Source: Octopus sinensis (Eukaryota). Taken from it: 64,000 bases of DNA. The notes beneath the pieces are model-generated. The model was not told the DNA's origin. It was given only the letters and a program-made list of their open reading frames with translations, and made no database searches. Shown here piece by piece: positions 26,791 to 41,696 of this stretch. Where the stretch lies: the NCBI RefSeq assembly GCF_006345805.1, contig NC_043000.1:92566001-92630000 (forward strand), written 5' to 3'. The translations under genes were made by a program, and so were the position numbers. Every line of letters starts with the position of its first letter. The stretch's first letter is position 1.

Positions 26791-27165
26791 TTGTGTGTCT
26801 GTGTTTGTCCCCCTAACATCTCTTGACAACTGATGCTGGTGTGTTTACATCCCCGTAACTTACCAGTTCGGCAAAAGAGACAGATAGACTAAGTACTAGG
26901 CTTACAAAGAATAAGTCCTGGGGTCGATTTGCTCGACTAAAGGCGGTGCTCCAGCATGGCCACAGTCACATGACTGAAATAAGTAAAAGAATAAAAGAGG
27001 AAAAGAGAACTAAATTAAATCTTTCCATCCAAATTTTATGTTTATTTATGATTCAACCAATAGGCTAATAATATATATGTCATTTTACTAAATTTCTGAA
27101 TATTTCTAATATAAATTGAAACAAAGGCACTGTTTTGCAATGGAAATATGGTAAATAAAGTATTC
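26530..27165. mobile_element. TTAA-ended (piggyBac-like) MITE interrupted by a SINE
   Basis: Begins ttaactcttttgatacc; the two halves are the reverse complement of 57360-57574. Confidence 0.55.
26588..27008 (+). mobile_element. Near full-length CORE-like tRNA SINE
   Basis: ctgtgtggtaagtagcttgcttaccaaccacatggttccaggttcagtccc...ccttgggcaagtgtcttc...(TG)n...aagtaaaagaataaaagag. Confidence 0.85.
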
Positions 27166-27509
27166 ATTTTCTAAATCCCTGCCACATCATATTTCAAACC
27201 TTGTTTCTAACCTGCTCTACTCTTCTCCTCATTTGGACATTCCCTTGCTCCTGTCATGAGACTGAACCCCTCCAACAGCACCAAGGTTATTTCTCCTACT
27301 TATACAGTGCATGGTAATCTGTATAGTGCAGGTGACACGTAAAGAGCATCCAGTCCATAGTATAATGTATTTGGCATTAGAAAGGGTGTCCAGTCATAAA
27401 CCCTTATGCCAAAGAAAACACTGGAGCTTGATGCAGTCCTTGGACACATCAGTTCCTGTCAAACTGTCCAAACTATTCAAGTATGTAACATAGACATTAA
27501 ATGATGATC

Positions 27510-27553
<44 letters not shown>

Positions 27554-27627
27554 GGTGGTTGTGGTGATGAGGCTGATGATGATGGTGGGGTGATGGTGGT
27601 AATGATGATGACGTACCTACGTTAGAT

Positions 27628-28663
27628 TTAACCGTTTTAAATTGGGTTGACGTAAATTTACTCACACAATGTACATGCTTTAAATCGGTCAGCATAGTTA
27701 TATGCCGCCTGACTTAGAGCCTGTCACATGAATTAGAAACAGCTAACCGGCCGACTGGTAGGCTGGTTAGATGTTTCATGTAAATATTTACAGCCCGGAT
27801 GTAAGCTTTATTCTGTATAAGCTGTGGTTTTGGTGATTATACAACATTAGCATTATGGCTTCCAGTCAACTCAAAACTAATCTATGTTCATCCTCTCATA
27901 CTGCCAGTGCTTGCAGGGATTCTGCTGTAGCTGATTTTTCTCATCCTGCACATAATTTGCGGCTGCGTCCCACCACACCGACTTCATCATTACATCCCAC
28001 CACATCGGCTTCGTCACGTTCATCATCACATCATATCACTCTTGCTTCCTCATGTTCTACTACTCTGGTACCATCAGTATCATTGTTGCATCCTGCTACT
28101 CTGGCTCTGTTAGCTTCTTTGTCGCACCCTGTTTCATCAAATTTATGGTTGTCATGCCAAGCAACACCAAGCTCCACCACCTCACCAATTGTTTCATCCA
28201 GTTCGGACAATGACTCAGAAAATTAGTATTTTCCTAGTTCAGAATCAGATGATTCTGATAGTGATGGTAATATTCTGGGGAATCAAAGGTACAAGGGGGG
28301 CAGCAGTGAATGGCCCTGGACAACAGTATGTCATGTGGTGAGCGAGAAACAATTTCGTCTGATGGCATGGATTTACTGGTATATTTGGCATAAATGCAAA
28401 CCTTAAACATGGAAGTTTACCATTGGAAATCTCGCATGAGGTTTGACAGATGAAATGTTCCAATATATAGCAGACAAAATGAATGACTATGCTGAAAGCC
28501 ATCTGCAGCATGTCCGACCCAGATATAGCAGTGATTGGTTTCCAACCACAGGAGACAAAATCAAAGTTCTGCTTGCCCTACTGATGCTGATGAGCATCAT
28601 GAAGAAACTAACCCTGGCATCATATTGAAATTGGGAGCCAGCCATATTGACTCCTTTCTTTCA
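27628..28663 (+). mobile_element. piggyBac-like transposon 5' fragment (decayed transposase)
   Basis: Starts ttaaccgttt; Ser/acidic N-terminal region, then TDEMFQYIADKMNDYA...WFPTTGDKIKVLLALLMLMSIMKKLTLASY*...TPFF, matching the piggyBac/PGBD pattern TN.YA..W.PTT..E....G..K.P....YW...TP.F. Confidence 0.75.
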
Positions 28664-28730
28664 GTTTTATCATGGCTACCGAATAATTATCACATATTAT
28701 ATTTACAGATATATATATATATATATATAA

Positions 28731-28775
<45 letters not shown>

Positions 28776-29360
28776 GTGACAGAGTGGCTGTGTGGTAAGT
28801 ACCTTGCTTACCAACCACATGGTTCCGGTTTCAGTTCCACTGCATGACACCTTGGGCAAGTGCCTTCTACTATAGCTTTAGGCTGACCAAAGCATTGTGA
28901 GTGGATTTGGTAGACAGAAACTTAATGAAATCCATCATATATATATATATATATTCTGGACCTATACATTTGCTCTGAATTCGAATTCCACTGAGATTAA
29001 TTTTGCTTTACAAAGAAAAATACTAGTCATGTAATAGGGGAGGATCGTACCAACAACTCTCTCCTCAAAACCAGTATGTTTTAATTGGTAGAAAGTTACA
29101 AAAAAAAGGGGAATTCAGAAGATGAGAGTTTCTTGTATGGCACTTATCACACTTCTCAAAGTTTGACATTGATATACAGCAAATATATATACATACATAC
29201 ATATATATGTATATATATATATACATATATATACATATATATATACACACACACACACATATATACATATATATATGGCATATATACACATTATATACAT
29301 ATATGTATAAGGCATATTTCTGTGTATGTATATATGTATATGTGCATATTTATCTATCTA

Positions 29361-29421
<61 letters not shown>

Positions 29422-29539
29422 TTGTATTATGATTTATGTATGTTTTATTTTGTTTTGGTTTTCTTAATATTTTCTTCTTTCTGGTCCTTGTGGTTAATAA
29501 ATAAATTATTATTTTGTTGTTGTTAGTGTAGCTGTTAAT

Positions 29540-29592
29540 ATTGTCATTATTATTATTATTATATTATCATTATTATTATTATGTTATTATTA

Positions 29593-29631
<39 letters not shown>

Positions 29632-29650
29632 CATTATTATTATTATTAGA

Positions 29651-29696
<46 letters not shown>

Positions 29697-29782
29697 CATT
29701 ATTTTATTATTATTATCATTATTATTATTATTATTATCATTATTATTATTATATTTATTCATTATTATTATTATTATTATTA

Positions 29783-29829
<47 letters not shown>

Positions 29830-29830
29830 G
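29540..29830. repeat. (TTA)n microsatellite
   Basis: Directly visible. Confidence 0.95.
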
Positions 29831-29975
29831 AAAACAAAGGCCAATTGAAGTTTTATGTGTTTAAAAGCATGTCATCAGTTACAACTTGGTTCACATCTTG
29901 TACTCATTTCAACATCTCCCTCTATACTTCCATTTTCTTTTTGTTTGTAAATTTTTTCTTTACATTCCTTTCTTC

Positions 29976-30037
<62 letters not shown>

Positions 30038-30771
30038 TATATTATATTTTTTTTTCTTTTACCAGTTTCATATTGATATTGTTACTGTTGTTATTGTTAC
30101 TGAGCAACTGAGGAGATCAAGAATATGAACATAAACAAAAAAAAAATCAAAAACGGAAAAAAAGAATAAGAAGCGAAATTGAATAAATAAAATTTAAGAA
30201 AAGGTAAGTGTTGTTAGTGGTGGTAGTGGTGGTGGTGGTGGTGGAGAGGAAAAGGAATCGCAGAGAGGAAAAATATTTAAAAAGGAGGAAAAATGACAAG
30301 AAGGAATTGTGTCTGGAAACAGCTGATAGTCATTATTCTTCAGTGAAAGTCTATTTTCTATGGTGACTAAACTTGAACTAAGTGATTCATTCAGCTTTCA
30401 TTTCCTTATTCTCTTGGCAGAGTTCATTCTCTTTATCTCTTCTCCACCCTCACTCTCTCTCTCTCTCGCTCTCCTCTCTCTCTACTTTTTTCTGTATGTG
30501 CGTGTGTGTGTATATATATATATATGTATATATATATACATATATATATATACATATATATATATGTATATATATAATATATATATATATATTATATATA
30601 TTATATATATATATTATATATATATATATATATATAATATATATATATTATATATATATAATATATATTATATATATAATGCATATACATATATACATAT
30701 ACACATACACATGTATACATACATACACTCACACACACATATATATAAGTATGTATAATATATATATTACA

Positions 30772-30804
<33 letters not shown>

Positions 30805-31067
30805 TACACACACACATACATATATATATTCTCTCTCTCTCTTTTTGACTACCCAGTCTCTTCTGTTTCTTTCTTCTACCATCTTCTTCAGCATCATTTT
30901 CATATGGAATCTATATAAATGGTGTTAAGAGGTTGGGTAAGAATTTTTGGCTATTGTTGTTGTTGTTGTTGATGATGATGATAGTGATGAGAACTCCTAT
31001 GATGATGATGGCAGTGTTGGTGATGGAGGAGGTGGTGTTGGCGGTGGTGATGGTGGTGGTGATGATG

Positions 31068-31099
<32 letters not shown>

Positions 31100-32724
31100 G
31101 ATGATGATCATCATCATCATCATCATCATCATGATTTTGATCATGATGATGTTGATCATGATGTTCATAGATTTCGTAACAGTGTTTGGCACGTTGTCAC
31201 ATTTGAAAGGGTAAAGGCTTTTTTTTTATTGTAATTGTGATTATTATATTCAAAACAATAACTAATTCTTGTTGCAATGATCGTGGCTGTTTAGCCTCTC
31301 TTCAATACTCAATGAGTTGATCTTTGATGATAGACATTCCAGTCATGACCATTCCAACTATTTGTATATCAAAGTTTACATTGTGCAAAGTGTCCTTTTT
31401 TTTGTATGTGATTAGGATGAGTGATGTGAGGGAGATTTGGCTACTATATCTACCAGATCAGTCTGCAAATTTTCTTAGTGTTTTAATGTTACTCAGGTAA
31501 ATAAAGTAAGTTTTTCTTAGAAAACACAAGATATTTGCTTTTTTTTTAAAAATATTATGAAGCTTCCCTGTGGGTGAATTAAAAGTGTAAGTACACATTT
31601 TCTATGATATTAATGTGCAGAATATATGTCTCTTACCTGACCGTTCCATGATTTGTTGAATACTCCTCAGAGCAGTAACATCCCACTCTTTTCCAAATCA
31701 ATAACAGAAGTCAGCTGCTTATCACAAAATTATAATATTTTATGATTTAACAATTTTATGATTTAACAATTACAAAACATAACACCAACACATAATACCA
31801 ACACATCAACAAAGAAATGGCTTTGATAACCAAATACCAACCACTTCTAAATAATTGTAGGTGGGCAGAAAGGGAGACAACTACTGCCAACTAATGGTTT
31901 AGTTAAATCTATCATAAATAAACTCTCATCTTTTGCTTTATTTTCTACATGTACTTTGTGAAATACCTAAACTCCAGATTCATAGCAGGAACAGGATCAT
32001 ACATAGTTCTAAATACTGGTTATTTGTCATGCAAGCACACACCCTCATAACTAATATATATGCATGTATAAATGAATAAAACAGATTGATAGTTTGCTTC
32101 TCTGGGACTGGTCAAGTGATATAGACACCTCTGATGAGCGTCCACTTAAGTCCAAAAATTGATTAAAGCTGTTCGTTCTATTTTAAATTTGATGGAGATT
32201 GTCATATTACATATGTCTACTACCTAGGTTTACACATAATGGTAAGAACTCTCAAGAGAGCTGATCAGAACAAGGTCTTCAGAGAAGAAACCCCTTTTCA
32301 GACAAATGCTTCAGCCTTTAGCAAGATTTTGCTCAATACCACAGATTTGCTTATCAGTTGATATGAGAGAGAGAGAGAGAGAGAGAGAATTATATGTATG
32401 TATTTTGTATTCACACATCTATATATAAATATGATGGACTTCCCCATTGAAGACGACTTATAAGTGTTCAGTTTTTGCCAAACAACCTGCACAAATGATT
32501 TGCTTATAGTAATCAAATGTATAAGCTGTACTTTTGCTCACTTTCTCCATCAATTCGATGTTGCTTGAACAGGTGTATGGTGTATGGTGTACCACATATA
32601 AGGTATCAAAATGACTGCTCAAGAAAGCAATGCACAACCAAGAAATTGAAACCATGATCTCATGATCACAAGTGCAACACCCTTACCATCAGGCCATGTG
32701 ACCTCATATAAGTATGTTTGTTAC

Positions 32725-33015
32725 TTCTCGAGCCATGCCTGGCTCATAAGGGTCAGTTTCCTGGTTTCCTTGGCATAGGTTCCCCACCTAGATGGTACGC
32801 CGGTTCATCACAGGTAAGCTGCTAGATGCATGAGGAAAGAGTGAGAGCAGGTTGTGGCGAAAGAGTACAGCAGATGTTCACCATTAACTTCTGCCTGAGC
32901 CACGTGGAACTTAGGTCTTTCACTTGTAAACACACACATTGCCCGGTCTGAGATTCGAATCCATGATCCCTCGACCATGAGTCCGCTGCTGTAACCACTA
33001 GGCCATGCACCTCCA
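32725..33015 (-). mobile_element. tRNA-derived SINE, variant of 812-1130
   Basis: acacacattgcccggtctgagattcgaatcc...gagtccgctgctgtaaccactaggccatgcacctcc. Confidence 0.75.
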
Positions 33016-33450
33016 CTCATATAAATATACATACTTATAAATGAGTGTGTGACAGTGCATTTGTATTCATATATTATATAAGTTCTCGCATGTGTCTGCG
33101 TTTAGTGATGTCTCATTGACAATGCAGTTTCAAAGTGTATAAAAAGTTATATAAAGTTGTTTTTTTTTTATTGAAGTAGAAAAAAAATCTTGAAAGAACA
33201 TCGGAAGAAAAAAAAAATAAATAAAATGCAAAGTTAGGAGAGTAACAATTCAAACAAATTGAATAAGAATCATAGTCTCTCTCTCTCTCTCTCTACCATG
33301 TTGCTGAAATTTAAATATGTTCTTGCCTATATTTATGGTATGATAGTTTGCCTGAAGACATTTACACACACACACACACACACACATGCATATAGGCATG
33401 CACACACATATGCTTATATAAATGTATGTACATGTATATATATATATGTG

Positions 33451-33485
<35 letters not shown>

Positions 33486-33538
33486 CTACACACACATATA
33501 TATGGTATAATATATATGTATGTATACATATATATATG

Positions 33539-33589
<51 letters not shown>

Positions 33590-34851
33590 GTATATATACA
33601 TATTTGCTATATATCATATATTAGTATATATTATACATATATTATATATATATATATACACACATATATATATGGAATAATATATATAATATATATATAT
33701 GTATATGTATCATATATTATTATATATTATACATATATTATATATATATGTGTGCGTGTGTGTGTTTTCATCTGCATATATGTTTAAGTATGTATATCTA
33801 TAGCAATCTCTTTAATCTATACACATACATTTGTATGCACACAAACACGCACACACACATATACACACCCATATATAAACATATATGCATATGTATATAC
33901 AAACACACATACATGCACATCTCACACAGAACATATTCTTTCTACTTTCCTGTTTCTTTCTCTCTTTCATTCTGTCTCTCTCTCACACACTCTTTCTCTC
34001 TCTTCCTCTCCCTCCCACCCCTCACTCTCAGAGAGAGAGAGAGAGGGGAGGGGGTCACTTTCGAACACAGCAAAACCTCAAGTGAATTACATAAAATAAA
34101 TTAAAATACAAAAGAAAAGCCAACAACCATACAAAAAAAAAACCCCATCATATCAAAAAGAAGCTGTATAAGATAGAGCAAGAGACAGAGATAGATAGAT
34201 ATCAAGATAGATACAAAGACAGAGAGAGAGAGAGAGAGATAGAGAGAGAGAGAGAAACAGAGAAAGAGACAGAGAGAAACAGGGAGAAAGAGGGCAAGCT
34301 GAAACGGAAAGAAAAAAGCTACAAAAATAATAAAAAAAATACAAGAAAAAAATAATAATTGATAAGCAGAGAAAAATATTCTGTAAATTTTCTGTAAAGA
34401 TTGATCTTATAAGATTTGCCACATGTTTGGTACCTCTTTTGTTTCAACAGACAACAGGGCATATAAATTAAATTAGACATCCCATGATCCCACAGGGTTA
34501 AAGCCGGCATCCCATAATGATTAAATTATCTACTGTTATTACATTTTCTAAGTTTCTCGCTGTTTGTGTCAGTGATGGTGTTGCCGATGAAAAGCATCTA
34601 AAAACAGCTCCTTGTGCAGAAAATCCGTTAAGATCGTTTAAACAATTAAAGATAAAAGCTAGAAACTTATAGAAAAATAATTTCCAGAAAATATATATAT
34701 GGTTTGATGCCTATAGCAAGGATTAACTTTCCAATATATACTTACATGTGTGTGTGTGATCATATGTATATATGTATATATATATATATATATAATATAT
34801 ATATATATATGTATACTTATATATGTATATGTATATATTATATATATATAT

Positions 34852-34887
<36 letters not shown>

Positions 34888-35038
34888 GTATACTTATATA
34901 TGTATATGTATATATATATAGATAGGTTAGATATAGATATCGATAGAGATTATAGACATATAGACATAGCTACAGACGTATATATAGATATATGTATATA
35001 TCTATATCTATAACTATCTCTCTCTCTATATATATATA

Positions 35039-35090
<52 letters not shown>

Positions 35091-35338
35091 TTTTTATATA
35101 TATACACACATGCATACATGTTTATGTAGTATTATGTATATGCATACATACACACACACATATATATATATTTATGCATATATATATATATATCAGTTTG
35201 CATAGTTGTATACATACATATAAAATATATATATGTGTGTGTGTGTTTGCGCGCGCGTGTGTGTGTGTGTGTGCATATACACATACATACTCACAGAGAT
35301 ATAGATACATACCTATATCTATCCATCTATCTATCTAT

Positions 35339-35387
<49 letters not shown>

Positions 35388-35989
35388 CATATATATATAT
35401 ATATACATATACACATATATATATATCTTTATATTTATATATATATTTATATAGCACACATGCACACACACACCTATATATAAATATATATAGAGAGAGG
35501 AGGAGATATAAATTGATAGATTAGATAGATATAAACTTATATAAATGTACTCATTTGTATACATATAGCATAGGAATATACGCTTACAGTTATGGCAAAT
35601 CATGCATACATCTGTCTATATTTATGCATGCAGTATGTATGACTTTTTTTGCCTCCATTTTAACACAGATGAAGATTAATTCCTCTCCTTTTCATCCATC
35701 TTAAGTACCATTATCTATTTCATTAATTTGCTTGATTAATTAGAAAGTATAGATCCCAGTTTACATGTATATCAATACCTCATTTTCAAAAGACAAGATA
35801 TGATAATGATTGGGAGGAAAATGGATTCATAACAAGAATTATGTGATGTTGGAAATTAAAATGTTGAGGAAATGTTGGCTTCTGAACTAAAGATTTACAA
35901 GTTCAAATGATACCACACTTGCTGAATGTTATTATGCTCTCTCTCTCGTTGCACTTTTCTGATTGGCAGAAGATTTAATTATTGACTCC

Positions 35990-36047
<58 letters not shown>

Positions 36048-36225
36048 GTATATATATCACATATATATATACATATATACATATTATATATATTATACAT
36101 ATATATATGCTATATAATAATATATTAATATAATATATATATATAATATATATAATATATATTATATATACATATACATATATATATATATATATATATA
36201 CATATACTATAATATATATATATAT

Positions 36226-36277
<52 letters not shown>

Positions 36278-36574
36278 TATATATATATGTATGTATGTAT
36301 GTATGTACATACATAAATGAGATACATATGTGGGCGAAGGCATGTTAAGTGCATTGACCTAGATATATGCTAGGTGGTTATTGAATATGAACAACTACTG
36401 CAAACGTACTTGTATAATAAGTTACCATTTATGAAGCATATCTTGATTTTTGAAGTTTAAATTGTTTTTAAAGATCTATAAAATCATGAGACCATAATAC
36501 ATAGTTGTTACAATAGTAGTTAATCAGCTATAATCCAATATAAATCTAATAAGTAGCACATGGACTGGTTCTAC

Positions 36575-36945
36575 TCTCTACTCTTTTACTCTTTTACTTG
36601 TTTCAGTCATTTGACTGCGGCCATGCTGGAGCACCACCTTTTAGTACTTATTCTATCGGTCTCTTTTGCCGAACCGCTAAGTGACGGGGACCTAAACACA
36701 ACCAGCATCGGTTGTCAAGCAATGCTAGGGGGACAAACACAGACACACAAACACACACACATATACATATATATACATATATACGACAGGCTTCTTTCAG
36801 TTTCCGTCTACCAAATCCACTCACAAGGCATTGGTCGCCCGGGGCTATAGCAAAGACACTTGCCCAAGATGCCACGCAGTGGGACTGAACCCTCAACCGT
36901 GTGGTTGGTTAGCAAGCTACTTACCACACAGCCACTCCTGCGCCT
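36575..36945 (-). mobile_element. Near full-length CORE-like tRNA SINE
   Basis: ctcttttacttgtttcagtcatttgactgcggcc...cacttgcccaag...cttaccacacagccactcctgcgcct. Confidence 0.85.
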
Positions 36946-36969
36946 ATTTCATATCTATTATAATTATTA

Positions 36970-37031
<62 letters not shown>

Positions 37032-37038
37032 GTTATTA

Positions 37039-37075
<37 letters not shown>

Positions 37076-37101
37076 CATTATTATTATTATTATTAATATT
37101 A

Positions 37102-37145
<44 letters not shown>

Positions 37146-37148
37146 ATT

Positions 37149-37815
37149 AAAGTTGCAAGCTGACAGAACTTTTAGCATGCTGGGCAAATTGCATAGTGGC
37201 ATTTTCTCCGTCTTTACATTCTGAGTTCAAATTCTGCCAAGGTTGACTTTGCCTTTCATCCTTTCGGGGTTGATAAATTAAGTACTGGTTGAGCACTGGG
37301 GTTGATGTAGTCAACTTACCTCTCTCCAGATATTGCTGGCCTTGTGCCAAAATTTAAGATCATTATTATTAGCATGCCAGGCAAAATACTTAGCAGTATT
37401 TCGTCTGCTGCTATGTTCTGAGTTCAAATTCCGCCAAGGTCGACTTAGCCTTTCATCCTTTCAGGGTTGATTAAGTAAGTGCCAGTTACACACTGGGTTC
37501 GATGTAATCGACTTAAACCATTTGTTTGTCCGTGTTTGTCCCCTCTATGTTTAGCCCTCTGTGGGCAGTAGAGAAATAAAAATTATTATCATTATTAAGG
37601 TAACAATCTGACAGTATCATTAGCATGCTGGACAAGTTGTTTAACAGTATTTTGTCTACCTTCTTTACGATCTGATTTCACATTTCACTGAGGTTGACTT
37701 TGCCTGTCATCCTCTCAGGATCGATGAAATAAGTACCAGATACTTACTAGTGGTGTTATAATCAACTAGTCCCTTCCCCCAAAATTTCAGGCCTTGTGCC
37801 TTTAGTAGAAACGAT
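37149..37815 (+). mobile_element. Three tandem Deu/Nin-like SINE copies within (TTA)n
   Basis: Repeated ctgagttcaaatt..gccaagg..gact..gcctttcatccttt.gggg..gat..a..taagt.cc units separated by tta runs. Confidence 0.8.
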
Positions 37816-37892
37816 TATATTCATTGTTGTTGTTATCATCATCATCATCATCATCATTATTATTATTATTATCATTATTATTATTATTATTA

Positions 37893-37944
<52 letters not shown>

Positions 37945-37948
<4 letters not shown>

Positions 37949-38201
37949 TAGTTTTATCTTTACAACGTACTTTCACTTCACTACCGAGCGCAGCTCTGTG
38001 TGCCTTGGGTATGTGCTGTGGTTTGGTTTGATGCTCTTATGGTTACTGTATTGAAAGTATTTTGCATAGGATGTGTGCAGTGACCAGTAGTGCAATTTTC
38101 TGTATGTTATATATATTTGTAAGTCCTGGTGTTTTTGTTATGGACTTACAAATGCATATAACATACAGAAAATTGCATTACTTAGCACTGCACACATCCT
38201 A
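37945..38201 (-). mobile_element. R4/Dong-like LINE 3' fragment with fold-back
   Basis: Same 3' UTR as 45847-46730 (ttcagtagtttt...ctaccgagcgcagctctgtgtg); 38142-38201 is an inverted copy of 38067-38126. Confidence 0.8.
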
Positions 38202-38224
38202 CTATTATTATAATAATAATAATA

Positions 38225-38268
<44 letters not shown>

Positions 38269-38594
38269 CATTGTCGTCATCGTCGTCGTCGTTGTCGTCG
38301 TCATCATCATCATCATCATCATTATTATTATCACTATAATTATTAAGGTAGCAGGCTGCCAGAATTATTAGCACACTGGAAAAAATGCTTAGTGGTATTT
38401 CACTCGTCTCTACATTCTGGGTTCAAATTCCACCAATGTCATTGTTGTTTTCCATCCTTTTGCAGTTGATAGATAAAGTACCAGTGAAACACTGGGGTCC
38501 GTGTAATTGACTAATCCCCTCCCCAAAAATTTCAGGCCTTGTGCCTTTACTAGAACTGATTATTATTATCATTATTATTGTTATTATTATTATT

Positions 38595-38684
<90 letters not shown>

Positions 38685-38889
38685 ATTATTGTTATTATTA
38701 TGATTGTGAGGGTGTATGACCTAGTGGTTAGGGTGTTGCACTCATGTTCTAGTGATTGTGATTTCAATTTCTAGACCTAGTGGTGTGTCTTGTTCTCGAA
38801 CTGATGATGATGAACTTTCTCTGTGGTGAATTGATGACAGCAAATAGGTGTGGACTCATTGGATAATGGTGTTTGACACTGCTGATATC

Positions 38890-39320
38890 TTTTCTACACT
38901 AGGCACAAGGCCTGAAATTTTGGGGGAGAGAGCCAGTTGATTAGATTGATCCCAGTACGTAACTGGTACTTAATTTATCAACCCCGAGTAAATGAACAGC
39001 AAAGTCAACCTCGGTGGAGTTTGAACTCAGAATTTAAAGACAGGCGAAATATTGCTAAACCATTCACCCAGCGACCTAACATTTCTGCCAGCTCGCTGCC
39101 TTATTCTTTTCTACCCTAGGCACAAGGCCTGAAATGTTTGGGTAGAGAGCCAATCAGTTAGATTGACCCCCAGTACACAACTGGTACTTAATTTATCGAC
39201 CCAGAAAGGATGAAAGACAAAGTCGACCTCAATGGAATTTTAACTCAGAACATAAGACAGGCAAAATACTGCTGAGCATTTCACCCAGCATGCTAACGTT
39301 TCTGCCAGCTCGCTGCCTCG
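38890..39320 (-). mobile_element. Two tandem Deu/Nin-like SINE copies
   Basis: taggcacaaggcctgaaat...ctggtacttaatttatc...aactcagaa...ctgccagctcgctgcct, twice. Confidence 0.8.
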
Positions 39321-41011
39321 ACACTGAGTTGTTAAAAGGGTATCTGAGTTGTTAAAAGGATGTTATGTTTAAGGAACTGCACAAAGAGGCTAAAATGTAC
39401 TGTTATGCCACTGGATCAAAGGCTTTCCAGCTCTGACCATCCCAGGCTTATCAGCATCTAGAACAATATTATCCAATGTGTCCTCCCAGTAACGTATCAC
39501 TGAGGGAAATTTAGTTACTGCTTGTAGTATAGGGAGCAATCATATAGACTCTCTCTCACTGGCTTGTGTTGGTGGTAGTTGTAAATTCTGGGGAAACTGT
39601 GTTTATAATGTTTGAGTACAGGTAACAGGTGAGAGGAGAATTGGCAAGAGTAGAATTGGTAGTTGTAATTAGTTGTTGATTGTGGTGACTATGATGATGG
39701 TGGTGGTGATAGTGGTAGTTGTGTTGGCTGGTGCGAGCGGTCAATTGTAACTGAACAAGGTTGAAAAAAAAGCATTCTTTTTTTTTCTTCATTAATTAGA
39801 TATATTGTTGATTATGAAGAAATTTGGATAAATTCCACATTAAATATAAAACTATGTGAAGGACACAACAAGTAGTTCCTAATTGTAATGATGATGATGA
39901 TGATGATGATGATTATACTAGTGATGATGAGGATAATAATTCTTTCGAATTTTGGCACAAGGCCAGCAATTTTAAGAGAGAGAATAAGTCAAATACATCG
40001 AAACCAGTGGTACCTATACTATCGGTCACTTTTGCTGACCTGCAAAGTTACAGGGACACAAGCACACCAACACTGGTTGTCAAGTAGTGGTGGTGGTGGA
40101 GACAAACACCAACACAAAGAAACACACTCACATGCAGGTACACACACGCACAGACACACACACACACAGACATATATGTATATACAATGGACTTCTTTCA
40201 GTTTCAATCTACCAAATCCACTCACAAGGCTTTGGTCAGCCCGAGGTTGTAGCAGAAGACACTTACCCAAGGTGCCATGCAGTGGGACTGAACCAGGAAC
40301 TGTGTGGTTGGAAAACAAGCTTCTCACTACACAGCCACATCTGAAGGAATATAAACCAAGCACCAACACAGTTGCACATAAACAGAAAATCAACATTGTT
40401 ATACATGCGTGGAAAAATTCATAAAACTCTTGAAATAATTTTTAATCAGGCATTGATGACTTTATCAGTAATAACAATATTCCTGTGATCCTTTGCAATT
40501 CACTGCAAGGGTCGTAAACCACACACTAGTGTTACTATGATTTTCTTGAACTGATGTAACTGAAAAGGTCATGAAAGTCTTTGAGAGGCTACACATATAT
40601 TTGTGATATCAAAGACAGTTGTATTTTGTATATGACAAATATGTTTTACATAATTCTTTTTCCCTGTAATTCATTATTGACACACAGATATATTTTTTCT
40701 ATTCTTGATTCACCTGTTCCAGAATTTGAAACTTTTGTGGATAAAATTTTTCAGGATTTGTAACTTTCATGAATAAAAGATATTCTTTTGTTTCAGTCAT
40801 TTGACTGTGGCCATGCTGGAGCACCGCCTTTAGTCGAGCAAATCAACCCAATGACTTATTCTTTGTAAGCCTAGTTCTTATTGTATCTTCTTTTTGCCAA
40901 ACCACTAAGTTACTGGGGTGTAAACACACCAGCATTGGTTGTCAAGTGATGGTGAAGGGACAAATAGAAACACAAACACACACACACATATATATATATA
41001 CATATATAAAT

Positions 41012-41058
<47 letters not shown>

Positions 41059-41192
41059 TATGATGGGCTTCTTTCAGTTTCTGTCTACTAAATCAACTCA
41101 CAAAGCTTTGGCCAGCCTGAGGCTATATTATATACTCCATTTGGGGATTTGGGTTGCAATGTATGCTATATATGTGTATATATATATATATA

Positions 41193-41448
41193 TATCTGTA
41201 AATGTAATATGTGACACTTATTCAGTAGCCATGATAAAACTCCGAGTTTTGGATGCCAAGGTGGAAATCCATGCCGCCATTGGAAAAAATTCTATGAAAA
41301 TGAGCGTTATACCATCTTGGCATCTGAAACTCAGAGTTTTATCATGGCTACCGAATAATTGTCACATATTATATTTACAGATAAATTCCTCTATTTATAT
41401 AATATTGAGGTCTCTTTCATTCTTTTGTTGTCTTACCATTTTTATCAA

Positions 41449-41450
<2 letters not shown>
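41193..41450. mobile_element. Fold-back insert, same family as 44873-45075 and 28663-28710
   Basis: Arms 41193-41263 and 41312-41383; extension aaattcctctatt...cttaccatttttatcaata; flanked by (TA)n and (TACA)n. Confidence 0.75.
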
Positions 41451-41536
<86 letters not shown>

Positions 41537-41696
41537 ATTAACGTCCGCTTTCCATGCTAGCATGGGTTGGACGGTTCAACTGGGGTCTGGGGAGCCCGAA
41601 AGCTGCACCAGTCCAGTCAGATCTGGCAGTGTTTCTACAGCTGGATGCCCTTCCTAACGCCAACCACTCCGAGATATGTATATATATACATATATA

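Noticed and set aside
32131-32170. CTGATGAG motif
   Set aside because: No convincing stem II, GAAA or stem III downstream.
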